Shown here: positions 61,836 to 64,000 of the stretch, one piece after another
Layout of the letters: each line of letters opens with the position of its first letter
How positions within the stretch are numbered: the stretch's first letter is position 1
Assembly: GCA_002269645.1 (NCBI GenBank)
Contig: NIVC01003378.1
Coordinates: forward strand, 1-64,000
Direction: 5' to 3'
Source: Macrostomum lignano
Taxonomy: Eukaryota
DNA: 64,000 nucleotides
Position numbers and translations under genes: made by a program
Notes under the pieces: model-generated
Told to the model about the DNA's origin: nothing
Databases searched by the model: none
The model's input: only the letters and a program-made list of their open reading frames with translations

Positions 61836-62644
61836 GGAGCCTTCGATGGGCAGACAGAGGCCTTGTGCCCCCGCCCAGAGCACTTGTGGCAGATGATCGG
61901 ACCCGGCTGTTTCTCTCGCTGCTGACATTGCGCTGCACGGTGTCCGAGCTGGCCGCAGTTGAAGCAGCCGCCTCCTCGCTGTTGACGGCGACGCCGAGTG
62001 TCAGTACCCGACTGTACGCTGACCCTCGCGATGAGCTCCTCCATGCGTTTCTCCAGTCGGTCCAGGCGGTCCTCGCTTGGTTCTGCCGATGATGTAGCGC
62101 TGACGGCTGCGACTGCCGCCACCGACTGTCGCCCAGCCAGCTCCTCCAGCCGAGCCGCCCGCTGCAGCAGAGTCTCCAGGCTGCAGGTCTCTGCGTCCTC
62201 TGCCTTAAGCAGGTTGTCACGAATGTCGGCCTTGAGCAGCTGCAGAAGCTTGAAGCGCACATCTCGGTCTCGCTGAGCAATTGAGTCCTCCGGTCTGGCT
62301 TTCTGGTGTAGCAGCTTCAGGTTAAAGCAGAGCTCACGCAGTGTCTCGGCATCTCCACGTTTTTTCGCGTAGAAGTCGCTCATGGCCTTAAAGCTGTCGG
62401 CTTCGCCTCCATAAAACTTTGTGAGGTCCTCCTTTATACTTTTAAAACTCTTTTGTCTTGTCTCGGCCAGGTCCCAGACGACAAGTTGGGCTTCTCCCGT
62501 GAGCAGCAGCTTCACCTTCGACGCTGAGGTCGCGTCGTCCCATTTCGCATCGTTGGCGAATTCCTCAAAGATGCGCAGCCACTTTCTTACGTCAGTGCCG
62601 TCTGTTCCACTGAACTTTGGCGGTAGAAGGGTGTTCTGGGCCAT
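61823..62644 (-). CDS. Gypsy Gag with two CCHC knuckles
   Basis: MAQNTLLPPKFSG..W..FE; CFNCGQLGHRAAQC and CHKCSGRGHKASVC; ends APGNF*. Confidence 0.93.
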   Translation of the reverse strand: MAQNTLLPPKFSGTDGTDVRKWLRIFEEFANDAKWDDATSASKVKLLLTGEAQLVVWDLAETRQKSFKSIKEDLTKFYGGEADSFKAMSDFYAKKRGDAETLRELCFNLKLLHQKARPEDSIAQRDRDVRFKLLQLLKADIRDNLLKAEDAETCSLETLLQRAARLEELAGRQSVAAVAAVSATSSAEPSEDRLDRLEKRMEELIARVSVQSGTDTRRRRQQRGGGCFNCGQLGHRAAQCQQREKQPGPIICHKCSGRGHKASVCPSKAPGNF

Positions 62645-63129
62645 GAGTGCACTTGCACTGGGTTCTCGCTGCCACCAATGTAAGAGCCGAGAATTTAGAG
62701 TAAGTTTACGAAGTATATTTTGATGCACGATAATTTACGAGCGATTAAATAGTCAGCGATGATAGATCGATTAAAGTGACTCACCCAACTGGGGTGGTGG
62801 GCATGTACAGAGAAGAAAGCGAGATGCAAGTACATATACTAATAGAGCAGCCCCCACCCCGACGGCCCAAACCAAACGCAACCCTACAATATTTTATATT
62901 CAGTAAACTTAGTATGAATATAGAAAGTGCAAAAATAGGCGAAATTTGCAGAATTTGATTGGTTTTGTCGTAACCAGCTTTGTTTTGTATTTCATGCGAT
63001 TTTGCTGTCTTCACGCTGGCTATTCTCTCTCCCTTTAAACGAAAAATCCAGGCTAATTTATATTTACACTAATGCTTGTCTTCTGTCGTCTGTCCTATTT
63101 CTATAAAAAGTTCGTTTCTCATGGCGGGT

Positions 63130-63370
63130 GGGTTTCACAAACGCGAAATTTTGTTACCGCTAGAAGCAGTTGCTTTCATAACCGCGAAACTTTCATTTAG
63201 CTATTGTGAAGTTTCGCGGTTGTTAAAGTAGGTAACATTTAGCGGTTTTGAAGTTTCGCGTTTGTAAATTACAACAAAAATTTAGCGGTTGTGAAGTCTC
63301 GCGTCTATGAAATTTAGCGCTTATAAAGTAGGTGATTTAGCGGTTGTAAAATTTTGCGTTTGTGAAAGCA
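63130..63370. repeat. Short dispersed direct and inverted repeats (AGCGGTTGTGAAGTTTCGCG variants), possible MITE relic
   Basis: Several copies of GAAGTTTCGCG/AGCGGTTG, with inverted ACGCGAAA/CCGCGAAAC at the left. Confidence 0.45.
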
Positions 63371-63500
63371 ACCCCTCATGGCTACTACTTGGTACTTTGT
63401 TCTTTTATATGTGCCGGGCATTCAACGCCTAAAATATTATTAAAAAACACAGTAAGCACTGCAGTAAATTTATTTAATCAAAGAACACCGGCTGTTTGCA

Positions 63501-63572
63501 GGGCCGTAGCGTGGCGCTCTTGTGTGCCAGGCTCGATTCCCAATTGCAGTCATTAATTTGGGGCAACATTGG
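63501..63572 (+). mobile_element. Possible tRNA-derived SINE head; related stretch at 57076-57125
   Basis: B-box-like GG(T/C)TCGATTCC followed by a shared CATTAATTTGGGGC..ATTGG at both sites. Confidence 0.3.
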
Positions 63573-64000
63573 AATCTCAGCTTGGGTCTGCTCGTGCAAT
63601 TAACGCCCTTGAAGGCCAACCCCAAAGCATAGTGAAGTGTACATGCCTAACGATAGATAAAGTTAGGGCCGCTGTACACTCCTGTGTAGTGTGCCTGTGT
63701 GTGACTGCGTACTTATCCGCGCGCTTGTGTGCCTGTTCATGGAAGTCGGTGGAATGGGCAGCAATGCCTCTCGTTTAAAGTGCGCCAGAGTGCACACAGC
63801 CTCTAATAAAAAATATACCGGCTGTGTGCAGTAAAATATTTCTCTACCTAGTTCAATAACTAATGAAAAGTTAATTTGTTTTTTTTAGAAAGTTCTTGTT
63901 TAATACATTTATCCTCTAAAAATTCAATGCGTACTTTTATCTTTTTATGCTTCTGGGCAATGCAGCAGTTTCTGATTTGCTACGTTTCATTTTCCTTAAA

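Larger units (their letters stand above)
57865..62888 (-). mobile_element. Intact Ty3/Gypsy LTR retrotransposon (5.0 kb) in LAP intron 3
   Basis: 210-bp LTRs at 57865-58074 and 62679-62888 look identical by eye. 4-bp TSD ATAT. PBS TGGTGGCAGCG (tRNA-Leu-type) at about 62667-62677. Minus-strand PPT GGGGGAGAGTGA precedes the 3' LTR. Confidence 0.97.

Noticed and set aside
58407-62723. Many short antisense and alternate-frame ORFs over the Gypsy elements (also 41171-44623), including a possible env
   Set aside because: Expected by-products of GC-rich coding DNA. pol ends about 100 bp from the 3' LTR, leaving no room for env.
63662-63808. Harbinger-like MITE (TTAGGGCCGCTGTACAC .. GTGCACACAGCCTCTAA)
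   Set aside because: The terminal inverted match is too imperfect to support.

Overview
Left chromosome end of a eukaryote, most likely an invertebrate animal (TTAGGG telomere, AT-rich non-coding DNA, short GT-AG introns). An 8.4-kb (CCCTAA)n array abuts unique sequence with no subtelomeric repeat zone. Three host genes are recognisable: (1) an intronless ankyrin-repeat protein with a C-terminal death-fold-like domain about 1 kb from the telomere; (2) an ATP11-type P4-ATPase flippase with very few introns; (3) the first three exons of an Erbin/Densin-type LAP (LRR) gene. Between about 19 and 56 kb lies a dense nest of mobile DNA whose insertion order can largely be reconstructed from target-site duplications (TSDs). 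It includes a decayed P-element/THAP transposon, a Penelope remnant, several Ty3/Gypsy elements and solo LTRs, a Polinton/Maverick end carrying a penton-like pseudogene, a hAT MITE, Helentron-type non-autonomous elements, a 2.5-kb foldback element, three Mutator-like elements and a Merlin remnant. An intact Gypsy element whose LTRs look identical sits in LAP intron 3. All family calls come from motif recognition by eye; no searches were run. I found no clearly new multi-gene system. The best leads are the ankyrin plus pyrin/DED-like gene, the Polinton fragment, the collapsed hairpin LTR, the foldback element and the Pack-MULE-like cargo.
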